Of a stretch of DNA of 64,000 bases, positions 32,993 through 45,380 are shown one piece after another. Source of the stretch: Naegleria gruberi (taxonomy: Eukaryota); NCBI GenBank assembly GCA_000004985.1, contig GG738913.1; one strand, written 5' to 3'. The notes beneath the pieces are model-generated. The model was not told where the DNA came from and searched no databases. It saw only the letters and a list, made by a program, of their open reading frames with translations. How positions within the stretch are numbered: the first letter of the stretch is position 1; the number at the start of each line of letters is the position of its first letter. A program made the position numbers and the translations under genes.

Positions 32993-34669
32993 ATGTCGTC
33001 AACAATCAACAGCTTGATAATTGCGCTCACTTTCGTCTTGCTGTTAACTAATCTTGTCGAATGCACCATTAAAAAATCATTTTCACAAGATTTAACACCA
33101 ACTCTCCTAAATCCTCTCCGTGGTTTCGCCAGCTATGAAGATTCGTATAAAACCAACAAGTTTCCACAATCTTTAGAATATCGTTATTTTTCCATGAAGG
33201 AATTAATGAACGGAACACAAAGTTTTACATTTTCAGCAACTTTGGAACCATACTTGAATAATGTCAAGTCAAGAAAGAGACAAGCCATCTTTCGTATATA
33301 TCTTGATTATCCGAATTGTTGTCCTGATGGTCAATATAATACAGGAGTGCCAGATTTTCTATTGACAGGTGCTAATCCAGTTACATTTACATCTTATCCT
33401 GATTATGGTGGTGGTAAATCACCTGATTATTCGAATGAAAGATTAGTTTCGTCCATTGAACAATTAATTGCTGAACTTGCAAGAAAATATGATGGAGACA
33501 ATAGAATTGCATATGTTCAAGTTGGAATTTTAGGATATTGGGGAGAATTCCACACTTATCCAAATACTACATTGATGGCTCCATTGGCCACAAGACTCCG
33601 AGTATTGTCCGCATTTTACAATAATTTCAATATTACAAAATTATTAGTTTCACAAGATTCAATGCAATACTTTTGTCCACCACTTGCTGGAACGACTAAG
33701 AATGCAGGATGTGATGTTTCGGTTACTTCAGCTCCGTATCCAACAGTTTCGTATCCATCTATTGGATTCCACGATGATGCATTTGCGGATTCAACTTATT
33801 CAGCAACCAGTGGTAAAGATTATTACTTTTACAATAGATTACAATCTAGAATTCCAGATATTAATTCATTCTTGACTGCTTCAAATGGAGGTAAGGGAGG
33901 AGGAGTGATGGGTGGTGAATTATATCCATCCTATCAATCGAAAATATTTAAAACAACTTGGACAGGTCAGGATTTCTCACAATGTGTTAAAAAGACCAAT
34001 GCTACATGGTTGTTGAATGATTATGTATTTTCTACTTTGGCTAATTCACCAACTACTGAATGGTATGCTGCAAGAAATGCTTCATTAATGTTGGGTTATG
34101 CATTTACATTGAGAAATGTGGAAATGACAAGTATCACAAGTACTTCATTGACTTTGACATTTGGAATGGAAAATATTGGAAGTGCACCATTCCCATATTT
34201 GGATATTAATTTGGCTGTTTATTTGAAAAATGCAACAACTAAAGCATTGATTGCTTCTAATGAAGCTACTTCAATTTATCAATTGACTCCTGCAAGTGGT
34301 TCACAAAATATTAAGGTAAATTTAAAGTGGTCAACTCCAATTACAACAAGCCCATATGTTTATGTGAATTTGAAGAGTAAGCAAGTTCCATCAACCATCC
34401 CAATTGCATTTGCTGTGAGTGGTGCTCCAACAGATGGTTCAGATTTTTTAGTCATCTCAACTGTTGAGCAAATTTCAACTAATGGAACAACTCCTACCCC
34501 ATCTCCAACACCATCACCACAATCATCTGTCAAGACAAGCTCTAGTACTGGAAATAATGGTGGAATTAAAACAGGAAACTCTACTAGAACAGTTTCAGAA
34601 TCCTCCTTGAATAGTTATGTTTCATCTTGGATCATATTTGCCATTTCTTTAATTTATCTGATTTATTAA
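32993..34669 (+). CDS. secreted, GPI-anchored putative glycoside-hydrolase-like protein with Ser/Thr/Pro-rich stalk
   Basis: ATG at 32993 (the ORF track starts at a TTG at 32975). Signal peptide MSSTINSLIIALTFVLLLTNLVEC. Conserved blocks RIYLDYPN and GILGYWGEFHTYP. TPTPSPTPSP linker and hydrophobic C-terminus WIIFAISLIYLIY. Confidence 0.65.
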   Translation: MSSTINSLIIALTFVLLLTNLVECTIKKSFSQDLTPTLLNPLRGFASYEDSYKTNKFPQSLEYRYFSMKELMNGTQSFTFSATLEPYLNNVKSRKRQAIFRIYLDYPNCCPDGQYNTGVPDFLLTGANPVTFTSYPDYGGGKSPDYSNERLVSSIEQLIAELARKYDGDNRIAYVQVGILGYWGEFHTYPNTTLMAPLATRLRVLSAFYNNFNITKLLVSQDSMQYFCPPLAGTTKNAGCDVSVTSAPYPTVSYPSIGFHDDAFADSTYSATSGKDYYFYNRLQSRIPDINSFLTASNGGKGGGVMGGELYPSYQSKIFKTTWTGQDFSQCVKKTNATWLLNDYVFSTLANSPTTEWYAARNASLMLGYAFTLRNVEMTSITSTSLTLTFGMENIGSAPFPYLDINLAVYLKNATTKALIASNEATSIYQLTPASGSQNIKVNLKWSTPITTSPYVYVNLKSKQVPSTIPIAFAVSGAPTDGSDFLVISTVEQISTNGTTPTPSPTPSPQSSVKTSSSTGNNGGIKTGNSTRTVSESSLNSYVSSWIIFAISLIYLIY

Positions 34670-34693
34670 AAGATTGATTTTTAGAAATCATTT

Positions 34694-37600
34694 TTATTTG
34701 AATAAGCGAACTAGTTGATAGATTATGAAAATAACCAACATAGCATGGAGAAGGAAATGCACAATCATTGATTTGCTTATCAATGATGACTGCTTTCGTT
34801 CTACAGATTCGAATTGGACGTGTAAAATTCTCATACTTGAAGCCATCAATCCAGCAAATGGAATCCAACTTGGTGCCATGAATGGATATCTTTCTTTCAC
34901 GCCACCAATTTGTTGTCTTTCCTCCATTTGGTATTGCTCTGAAACTAGCTTTGCCTTTCTGTGAAGGGAATGCACAAATGGTTCAGCATCGACAACAAAG
35001 GATTTGAATGGACCTCCCTTATTGAGAGATTTCACAGAGCTTGGTGTGAAGAAATACGGAGCAAAGCCTGACATTTCAAAAAGAATATTACTACCTGGTA
35101 GTTTCTTTTCCAACATTTCGAATATTTGAACAAGTTGTGACTTTTCAAAGTAGAGGAATAGACCTTCTGCAATTACCAAAACTGGAATTGACTCACCAAA
35201 TGATTTTCTTATGAAAGCAAGATCTGAAAATGTTGATTCTTCTAGAATAGATCCACTTTTACATTCGTATAGTGGTTGTTTCGTATTGTCATTATTGTTA
35301 ACAATATTAAAAACTTGTCTTCTCAATTCAATGACATTTGGCAAATCAATATCAATCCAATGCACCTTCTCATTCATTCCAAATAATCTTTCATATCTAG
35401 AACACAATCCACATCCCAAATTAACAATCATTACCTTTTCATGCTTAGCCAAACTCTTACTCACAAATTCTTGTGATTTCCTATCCAAGACAATAGTTCT
35501 CCCAACAATATTAGTTCTGGTAATTCTATCATTCTGAACATCAACAGAGAGATCTTCTGGTAAGTTTTGGAAGATTTTCACAGCAATTGGATCATATAAA
35601 ATTCCATCGCTTTCAAGAGATTCGAGAGCTCTGGAAACGAGTGGAATGTAGAGAGTTCTTTCGAGAGGTGTGAGGACAGAGTTCTTATCTTGAGCAATGT
35701 CTACGTCAAAAGGAGTTGGATTATGTGATGATTGTTGTGGAGAGCCAAGAATGGAATGTGAAATAAGATTCGAATAATGTTTGTCAAGTTGATGTCCACA
35801 ATTCTTAACAGTAATAATATTCAATCCATTTCCTGCAAACTTATTCCAGTTGTTAATTGTATTTCCTGTTACTAATTTATCAAATTCGCCTCTGAGAGCA
35901 ATAACTGGACAGTCAACTTGGTATTTTCCAAAAATGTCATCGTCATAACAATGATATTTCAATAAAAAGTCAAATTGGTGTTTGAAAAGTGGAATTTCCA
36001 TCAAATCTCTAATCTTCTTTGCCTTTTCATCCAAGTTCTCAATTCCTTCTGTTACATTAGGGAACAAGTCAAGATCGACAATTCCATAAATGATCGATTG
36101 ATCTCCCAAAGTTTTAAATTTCACATAAGAATCACCATGAAGCGAATTTCCAGGAGCATTTCCACTAACAATCAATTTTACAGGTTTCTTATTGAACTTG
36201 AATTGAATAAATCTTGTAAATTCAAGAGCAACCAAAGCACCCATGCTGTGTCCATAGATTGTAACCGTATTGGAATTAAATAGTTGATGGACACAATCCC
36301 AAACTTGCATGAAATGAGCAGTCCAATCAGAATTATTTCTCAAATAATCCAAATTAATCACATAAATGGAAAATTCTTCAAGATTTAAATCTCTAAAATC
36401 ATGAACTGTTCCACCAAGTGCTGGAAAACAGAGTAAAACATTCTCTGATGATCTTTCTTGGATAGTTTCTAATAACAAGTGCTTTTCTAATGAATTGGTT
36501 TGATTTGGACTATTAGATTGTTGTGTTAATTGTTGATTGGATGATTTTCCAGAATTGGAAATCATTTCAACAAGAGTAGAAACCGAAACTCCAGATAAGA
36601 GAGTCGAAACTGTAATACTTGATGAAAATTCTCTTGATAGAATATTTCTTATTTCTACACTCATGAGAGAATCAAGACCATAGTCAACAAGTGGTTTCTC
36701 CAGTTGAATTTCACTTTCGTCCATTCCAAAAACTTTGGATACAATATCTGAAACCTTTCTAACAATTCCATCAACGTTAGAATCTGTAGTTGTTGATTTT
36801 CCTTCAATATTTGATTCCTTTCTTTGACGACCAAATGTTACATGAGGTGAAAGTGAATCCTCAGGCATTTCAAATCCAAAGAAGGTCATTGCAGGAGGAA
36901 GATCCATCTCGTGTTCAATCAAATATTCGAAATGATCAAGTAAATCATGAACATGCATAGCTCCAACCCAGAAATATTCATCAACTTCTGCCTTAGTTGC
37001 ATATCCAGCTCCTGTAATCAAACTTAGACCTAAAGATTGTCCAGCCAATCCACAACTTCTTCTATAGCTACACAAAGATTCTAAGAAATAATTTCCACTA
37101 TTATAGTTTGATTGACCGAATGCTCCAACCAAAGAACTGAAAGAGCTCAACATTAAAAAAGTGGATAGATTGCAATTGAGCTTGATTGAACATTGGTGAA
37201 GGTTGAAACCTCCGAGAATCTTTGGTCTGGCAACAGTTTCGTACTTTTCTTTTGTCATCTTATTTGCAGCACAATCGGATAAAACCATTGCTGAATGGAC
37301 AATTCCTGTAATTGGGAATTTTTGATGGATTTCTTGCATTGTTTGATAAAGAGTTGAGTAATTGCAAATATCAGTAATGTAAACATCAATAGATGCATTA
37401 GGGTTATTCAGCATAATCTTGTCAATGATCAATTTTTCAGATTTGTTTGGCATTCTTCTTGTAAGAAGGGCAATGTTTGAGACTTTCATCTTTTCAACAA
37501 GCCATTCGCACATCTTTAATCCAATTCCACCCAATCCTCCACTAATAACCCAACAACCGTTATTCAATATCTTCTTTTGAGATGTCAAAGAATTATAAAT

Positions 37601-40600
37601 AACATTGGAATAAAAGTGAACAAATCTTCCACTTTCAGAATAAACAATTTCATCATGAGTATAAACAGATTCAAGGACATCATCAACAATTTCACCAATT
37701 GAGTTTTCTGAACATTTAGGTTGCATATCAATAACCTTTAACTTCTTTTGGAATATCTCAGTTTGAATTGATCTCAAACATCCAACAATAGAAGATTGAG
37801 AAATGTTACATTCCTGATTGTAACCAAAAACTGAACTAGTTAGAGCAACGAATTTACATCTGCCAGTATTGAACTTGAGTATCTTACAAATTGAGTACAT
37901 AGATTCCACACAATTGGAAACTGTTTCAAACTCGAAAGAGCTTAAAGAAAGTGGCCAACCGAAAATAATTCCACAGATATTCAAAGTTTGATTGAATATT
38001 GATTCGAAATGTTCAAAATCTGCAGGATTAATAACGAATCCAGAATCAAGTTGTTGGAATTTTTCACCTTGAATAATTTTGACAACTTTTACACCTCTAG
38101 ATTTCAATTCTTCACACAATAAATTTTCCTTTTGTGTTTCAGAAGAGAAGAACAACCATCTCTCAACATTTTTCTCTTTCTTCTTTGCTATAATGTAATT
38201 TGCAGTACCAATTGGCAACATGACATTTGAAGGGAAATCACAATCCAATAAAACTTGTTCCCACTCATTTCCTGATAGCAAAGCAGATTGCTTTCTGAAG
38301 GAATCCTTAAAATACCACCATCCCTTCAAAGTACCAACGAAAAAGTGTAAAAATTGAGCTCCAAGAGGATCAGACTCAACTAGGACTAATTGACCATTGG
38401 AAACCAACAAGCTTGAAATGAGTGAAAAGACGGATTTCAAATCTTGAGTAGCATGAACAACATTAGCAGCGATTACCAAATCAAACGAATCCTTTTCAAT
38501 GAATTCTGAAGAAACAAATGGCTTTTCAATATCTAATAAAGAAAATTCCATAAAATATTCGAATTGTGCAAACTTTTCCTTTGCCTTCACCAAAAACAAT
38601 GGTGAAATGTCTGTGAAAACATACTTCACATCTATATAATCTCTCAATGAATCAAGAATTGGTAAAATTTGTTTGGTTGTTCCTCCAAGTCCAGCTCCAA
38701 TTTCCAAAATTCTCAAAGTCTTCTTTTTACCATTCTTTGGAATGGAGTTCAAAATAAAATCAAACAATGGTTTAGTTTGATGAGAAACTTCATCATAATA
38801 ATCATTCAATACATGTTCTTTTCTTGAAAATAGGACAGAAACAGGATCTGCCTCACCAGTTAATAATTGCTTCATGTGAATTAAACTATTTTCCACCAAA
38901 TCGATCAGATTGGAATAAAGATCAATTCTTGGAAATTCTCTCAAGGATTTGATAATATTAAATCTATTAGGAAGATCACTAACTACTGTATAAGTATCTG
39001 AATCATATTGGACAAGATTCATTTGTAAAGCCAACTCAATAGTCAATTGAGCAAGTCTCTTCAAATGTTCTGGTTGAATCCTAGAATTCAAAACAGAAAG
39101 CTCGATAGTAGAACTTTCACATAACTCTTGGAATACATTCAAACAATATTCAACACAAACCTTGGTAACAAATCTATTAAGAGATTCGTGTTCGTTTGAG
39201 TATTCATTGAGTTTGAAATTGAGAATAAACTCTTGCAATGATTCCATAGAAGGAAGAATAGATTTAGAATAGATTGGTTGTGGTGCAAAGTTTGATGATA
39301 CAATAGAAGTTTCTTGAAGTTTCTTTTCTTTGGTTTCCAAAGGTGAAACTTTGAAACCATTGAAAGAAATAAATGGCTCATTAGATTCTCCCAAAACTTG
39401 TAAATCACAAGTAATTTCTTTTGTTTGAGCATTCTTCGAATATTTAACACATCTGGTGATGGTGTGTTTCGAATTGTTTGGTTTTCTATGTGGGATGATT
39501 GTAATTTCGTCTGTGGAAATTGGAAGATAGGTTGTATCCTCTGGCATTGAACAAATCATCATTTGGAAACATGAATCAAGCAATGCAGGATGCCATGTAC
39601 AATATCTTTCGTCATTTTCCAAAGCTTTTGGATGGGAAATTTGTGCCATCAAAACTTCTCTTGTTTCGTCATGTCCAACTTGGCTGTACAAATCCAATCC
39701 TTGGAAACAAGGTCCATAATTGAGGCCACATTTGGACAGATTGAAATAGATATTCTCCTTATGAATGTTTTGTGTTTTTTCATCAAGATTTTCTGTGAAA
39801 TTTCTGAAAATATCAAAGGCTTTCAATTCTCTGTTTGTGAAATTGATGGAATCACCAGAATTAGAAGAATCTAGAGTTTTGAAAGAACCAAAGGCATGTA
39901 AAGTCCAATCACAAGGTAGCTTATTTGATAACTTGGAAGGATCTTTGGAAATTTCTGAATAATTAATAGATAACAAGTCAACCTTCTTTTTGCTGAAAAT
40001 TCTAAACTCATTAGCATACAAATTCAAATGAACTTGAACAATTCTAGGCTCTTGTTGTAAAATCATTGGATTTACCACTTTGAAATTGACTAGACGAAGC
40101 TCTTCAACATTCTTGGACGAGTTATCAAGAATTGCTGCAGAACTAATCTCAACGAAACCAGAATATGGGAAGAATACTTCATTTTCAATCTTGTGATCTC
40201 TAATATACATTTGATCAGTGTTAGAACTAATATCAATAAGACTCTCATAGATAATATCTGGAGAATTTTCCATTGGATTGAATTTTCTGTTACCCAAAAG
40301 TGGATGATTAATAGTTTCGAATTGACCAATTCTCCATCTCAAAGATTCATAAGATTCTGACCAACAAGATTGTTTCTGGAAAGGATATTTAGGAATTCCA
40401 TCCAATATCTTACTATTCTCTCCATATCTATTAATTTGTTTCCAATCAAGTTTAGAATATCCATTCACAAACAATGAGGAGACAACTTGTAACAAACTCA
40501 TTTGTTCATCCTTCTTTCTAATCAATGTTGGAATTACAGAAATAGAATCTTCATTTCCTAATGAAGAAGACGAAATATCCTTAATGTATCCATTCAAAAC

Positions 40601-43184
40601 CGGATGGGAAGATATTTCAATAACATATTTGATTGAGTTTTTGTAAGTGTGAAAAATCTCTTCCATAGCTTGTGAAAACAAAACCTTCCCTCTGACATTA
40701 TTCCACCAATATTCTGGTGTTGACATTTCTTGGAGGTTTGACTTTCTTCCAGTGACAGTAGAGAAAACGGCTTGAATATTATCATTTGGTTTGGTTCCTC
40801 TTTCCTTTTTTGAGATTCTATTAGAAAGAACTTCTAATAACTCTTTCTTGATTACTTCCATATGGCTGGTATGGAATGCAGCTTCATTTCTCAAAAAGAC
40901 ACAGTTGACTCTTGAGTTTGGTTCATTTTCCACATACTTGGTGAGATCAAGTTGCAATTGTTTCAACACATGTTCTTCACCACCAACTACAACGGAGGAA
41001 TTACTATTTACAGATGCAATCTCAACAGTATTGTTAAATCCAAGAATATCCAAAATTGAGGCCAATTTGTCCAATCCTAAATTGATAGCCATCATTTTAC
41101 CTGTTTTAGAAAATTCTTTCAAGATGGTTGCACATTTGTTTTGCAATCTTGCTCTATGATAAATCAAGAATACAGCTTCCTCTAGAGTGAGGCATCCATG
41201 CACGTATGCAGCTGTCACTTCTCCAACTGAATGTCCAACAACAATTCGAGGAGTGACTCCATATGATTTCAATACTTCATAACAACCACATTGTACTGCA
41301 AAGATACATGGTTGAGCAATGTTGGTTGAGTAAATTCTGGTGTCCTTTTCTGTTCTTGTAGTCAACTCTTCTACAATTGACCACTTGTCATTGGTTGGCA
41401 TTATCTTTTGCATTTCTGAATCAATTCTTTCAACTGTGGCAGAGAAAACATTGTTGGTTTCCAATAATTGTCTTCCCATAGCAAACCATTGAGGTCCTTG
41501 TCCAGAGAAAACAAAGCAAATATCGGATTTTTCTTCTCTCTTGCTTGAGTTACCAATGCTAGTTGATTCATTAGATGAAAAATTGGAGGACAATTGGAGG
41601 AGCTTTTCAACGAGCTCATCTTTGTTGTTGTAAATGATAGAAGCTCTGTAGTCTCTGAATTGACTCTTCTTTTCACAATAGTTGAAAAGTAAATCATCTT
41701 GATTGCATTGAGCTGAAAACTCAGCAACGCTACTAGACATCATCTTGAGTGAGTATTCACTCTTGGCAGAAAGTGGAAGAATTCTAATACCTTCTGATAT
41801 GCTATTCTTTCTTTGATGTTCTAATTGCTCAACACTTTGCAAGATGCAATGAGCATTAGTACCACCCATACCAAAGGAATTAATTCCAATAATAACAGGA
41901 TTGATATTAGAAGGGATTTCTTCTTCTTGCATGACAACTCTAATTTGTTTCTTCTCAAACTCAATGTGAGGATTGAGTGTGCTCTCAGTGCAATGAATAC
42001 TCTTAGCTATCTTCCTATGTTTCATCATGAGAATAGCTTTGATAATACTTGCAATCCCACTTGTTGCCTCTGTGTGACCAATATTACTCTTGACAGAACC
42101 AATTGGTAACTTGTCAAGTTTGTGCTTTCTTCTTTCTCTTCCAAAGAATGAATCAAGAGCTTGAGTTTCAATCTTATCTCCAATAGTAGTTCCAGTTCCA
42201 TGACTTTCAACATAATAAACATGTTGTGGAGGAATGCCACTCTTGTTGTACACTTGTTCCAATAATTCAACTTGTCCTTCCAGAGAGGGCATTGTTATTC
42301 CACTCTTTCTTTCTCCATCGTGATTGACCCAAGTTGACATGATCAAAGCATGAACTCTTTCATGTTGTGAAGAATTCGCATGCTTGTATGTGTTGATGAT
42401 GAGATGATGAATCTAATTTCTTCAAAATTAATACAGCAACACCTTCAGATTTTCCATAACCATCAACATGTGAAGAGAAGGTTTTACATCTTCCATCTGG
42501 TGCTGCTGCTCCAATAAGCTTTTGAGATACAAATTCTTGTGGAATGTAGTTTAAATTAACTCCAGCAACAATGGCCATTTCGCATTCATCTCTCTGTAAA
42601 CTTTCACATGCACAATTGAGTGCTACCAAACTTCCTGAACACATGGTATCGAGAGTGAATGACGGGCCTCTCAAATCGAAATGATACGAAATCCTGGCAG
42701 AATTGTTAGCTGGTGAAGAGTTTATCAAACTGTACGAGTTGTAAGTTTGCATGTCATGCCAGCCTTTCATGGTGAGATAATCTTGGTTCATCACAGAACA
42801 AAACACACCAATGTTTCTTCCTCTGATTTCTTCCCATTTAATTCCAGCATCCTCCAAGGCAATGTAAACTTGTTGAAGAAGGAGACGATGTTGTGGATCC
42901 ATGGAGCATGCTTCCTTCTTGGAAATTTCAAAGAATTCAAAATCAAACTCATCTAATGGTTTCTCCAAGAAGTGAGCCCTGTTGTAGGTTTGCTTATTGT
43001 TGTGGAATCTTGATGATTGTCTTTCCTTTGGTATGGTTGAGCTGGTGTCACTACCGTCAAGAAGAACTTGCCAGAATGATTCAACATCCACTGCCTGTCC
43101 AGGGAACATACAACTCATTCCAATGATGCCCATTGGTGAGTTTTCAGCAGAGTTTGATGGAGTAGTAGAATTGATAGAAATCAT
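34694..43184 (-). CDS. iterative type I polyketide synthase, KS-AT-DH-cMT-KR-ACP-TE-(TcmP/LCM-type O-methyltransferase)-TM; KS domain frameshifted at ~42363..42390 (two ORFs 42360..43184 and 34694..42346)
   Basis: ATG at 43182-43184 (MISINS...IIGMSCMFPG). KS motifs TMCSGSLVAL, HGTGT and GGTNAH. AT GHSVGE. DH HPLLGNRKF. cMT LEIGAGLGGTT. KR GGLGGIGL. ACP GLDSLMSVE. TE GHSMGALVALEF. LCM/TcmP-family VNLGCGLCSRYERL. C-terminal helix IVHFLLHAMLVIFIIYQLV. No ER domain. Confidence 0.9.
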
Positions 43185-43536
43185 TTTCTTAATTACAAAG
43201 GTATAGAGTGTTGGTCTTTTTTCTTATAAATTAAAAAACAATAATCAAACACCAAACCATTTTAAATCATGAGTGGTCATTAGCAATTTGGAATCAGCAA
43301 TAACAACAATAATTCATTATTGTCTCATACTGCTAGATAAGTCACAAGAACTTGTTACTTTCCTTTTTAAATCTGCCGCTCTCAGCCAAGTCACAAGTTC
43401 AGCCATTATGAACTAGTTTTTTTCAATGGAGTAGTTCAACTAAGAGATTCAGAAGAGTTCGCATCACTGATACTGAAGTGTTTGTTAGTATAAAAGCTTC
43501 GGGAATCACTGATTGTGATAATACAATTCAATTGTG

Positions 43537-43573
43537 GGAGTTCGGATGTTGATGTTCTTGAGATACGAACTCC
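43537..43573. promoter_or_regulatory. perfect 8-bp inverted repeat (GGAGTTCG...CGAACTCC) with 21-nt loop in the PKS / oxidoreductase intergenic region
   Basis: Seen directly in the sequence. It lies between divergently oriented genes, and aagtcacaag direct repeats lie nearby (43331..43400). Confidence 0.3.
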
Positions 43574-43705
43574 TTGTGATGAAAAAGTGTTGATGATACT
43601 AATCACCCCGGTTCCAATAACAAGTTCTGAATGAGAGTCTGGTCAGTGATACGAGCCCTTTTTATTGGCATCTTGATATGGATTGGATAACATTAAAAAA
43701 TTATC

Positions 43706-45380
43706 ATGATTATCTACATACTTGTGGCTATTCCATTTCTGTTTCTTCTCTATGTTGGCTATCTATTGTGCAAGTTGTATGTATTCAACAGATATCCAAA
43801 GAATGTTTTTCTGGCGCCGCACTATCTAACAGAGAATGTTGTCCAAACCAAAAAGTTCAACAAGAATCCTTTCAAGAAAGAAAAACTTGCAGAGCATTAT
43901 GATGCAATCATTATTGGCTCAGGTGTTAGTGGCATTATTTGGGCAAGATGATAGGTCCAGAAAGTGAGCTGATGGATCTTCTCTGTGATAGAAAATTGAG
44001 ATGTTGTCCCTTGATGAGAACTTTGATAATCTGTCCATTATTAATTCTGCTACAAATGAAAAGTTGTTAGAAATAGAAATTCCTGAAGGTCAAGACAAGT
44101 TAATCAAAAAGCTCAAAGAAGTCTTTCCAGAAGAATCCAAAGCCATTGATGAGTATGTTGAGATATCGTTTCCACCAAAGTATGAAATTATTCCAGTTAT
44201 TATTTTAAAGTGTTTCCCATTCATATTTTCCAAATTATTCAAGTATCTAGTTGCACCAAAATTTATGAATTATGTCCATACTAGTATTGGTCAAGCTCTT
44301 GACAAATTGACGTCCAATCAGCTTCTTAAGAGTGCCATTTGCTATATTGGCATAGATTATGGTTCAAATCCAAAAGCAACTCCACTCTATGAGCATTCAA
44401 TGATTCACAATATTTTCAAGAATGGTGGTCACATTCCAAAGGAAGGAGCAGACGATATTGTCGAAAGTTTGATAAAGGTCATTAGAAAAGGAGGTGGAGA
44501 TGTGATGAGCAAGGCAAATGTTGCTTCAATCCACATCAATAAGGAAGGAAAATGTGGAGGAGTGTGCGTGTTAAAGAACAAGGACTCTATCATTATTGAA
44601 TCTCCGATTGTAATTTCATCTGCTGGAGTTTACAATACTTATTCAAAGCTCATTCCTCGTCCAATAAGAGAAAAACTTGGCTACAATCACTTCAAGTACA
44701 CGCCTTCATATTCTGTTCAGGCAACCTTCCTTGGCTATGATGGCACAATAGAAGAATTAGGATTAAAGTTCCAAAACTATTTCATCATGACTAACCCTGA
44801 TTTTGATGGTCAATTTACCAGATACATGGAAAGTGATGGAGATATTGACCCAAAGAATGGCATTGATATTCCAATCTTGATAGCCAATCTCAGACCTTAT
44901 AATAACAAGGTTTCAATGACTATCCTCAGCTTTGCCAATCATGCATGGTTTCAAGAGTGGAACCATCAACGAGTTGGACAACGTAGTGTTGACTATGAAG
45001 ACTTGAAGGAGAGAATTGCCAATCGAGCCCTCGAATTATTATACATGAAACATCCACAACTTGAAAATAGACACTCTGTAATGAGTACTTCCTCACCAAT
45101 TACATTTAATCATTATCTATCCAATAATTTTGGAGATTACATGGGTTTTAAGAGAGTGGTTGGTAATGATGATGGTGTATTCCGTTGGGGAAGGCCAATG
45201 TCCAATCTGGAGAATTTGTTTTTGGTTGGGCAGGATATCTTTGCAGGAGGTGTGCAGGGAGCAATGTTGAGTGCTTTAATTACATGTGGATGCGTGTTGA
45301 GGAGGAATTTGTTTGATGACTTGGCAAAGGCCGTTGAAGAGATGAAGAAGTGGAAGGCTTTGCTATTTTGTTTTAAATAA
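43706..45380 (+). CDS. RetSat/CrtISO-like FAD-dependent oxidoreductase (phytoene-desaturase family), apparently internally deleted (ORFs 43706..43951 and 44001..45380)
   Basis: N-terminus: TM helix plus NPFKKEKLAEHYDAIIIGSGVSG (FAD GxGxxG), collinear with RetSat residues ~1-80. The second ORF is collinear with RetSat residues ~150-end (LKSAICYIGIDYGSNPKATPLYEHSMIHNIFKNGGHIPKEGADDIV... and C-terminal LFLVGQDIFAGGVQGAMLSALITCGCVLRRNLFDDL). The ~70 residues expected between them (rest of the beta-alpha-beta FAD fold) have no coding space (only 49 nt). Confidence 0.65.

Noticed and set aside
42372-42383. Vector or polylinker contamination suggested by GCATGCGAATTC
   Set aside because: No other vector-like sequence flanks it, since it is embedded in continuous KS-coding DNA. 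It is kept as a finding (a possible engineered or insertional scar) but not called contamination.
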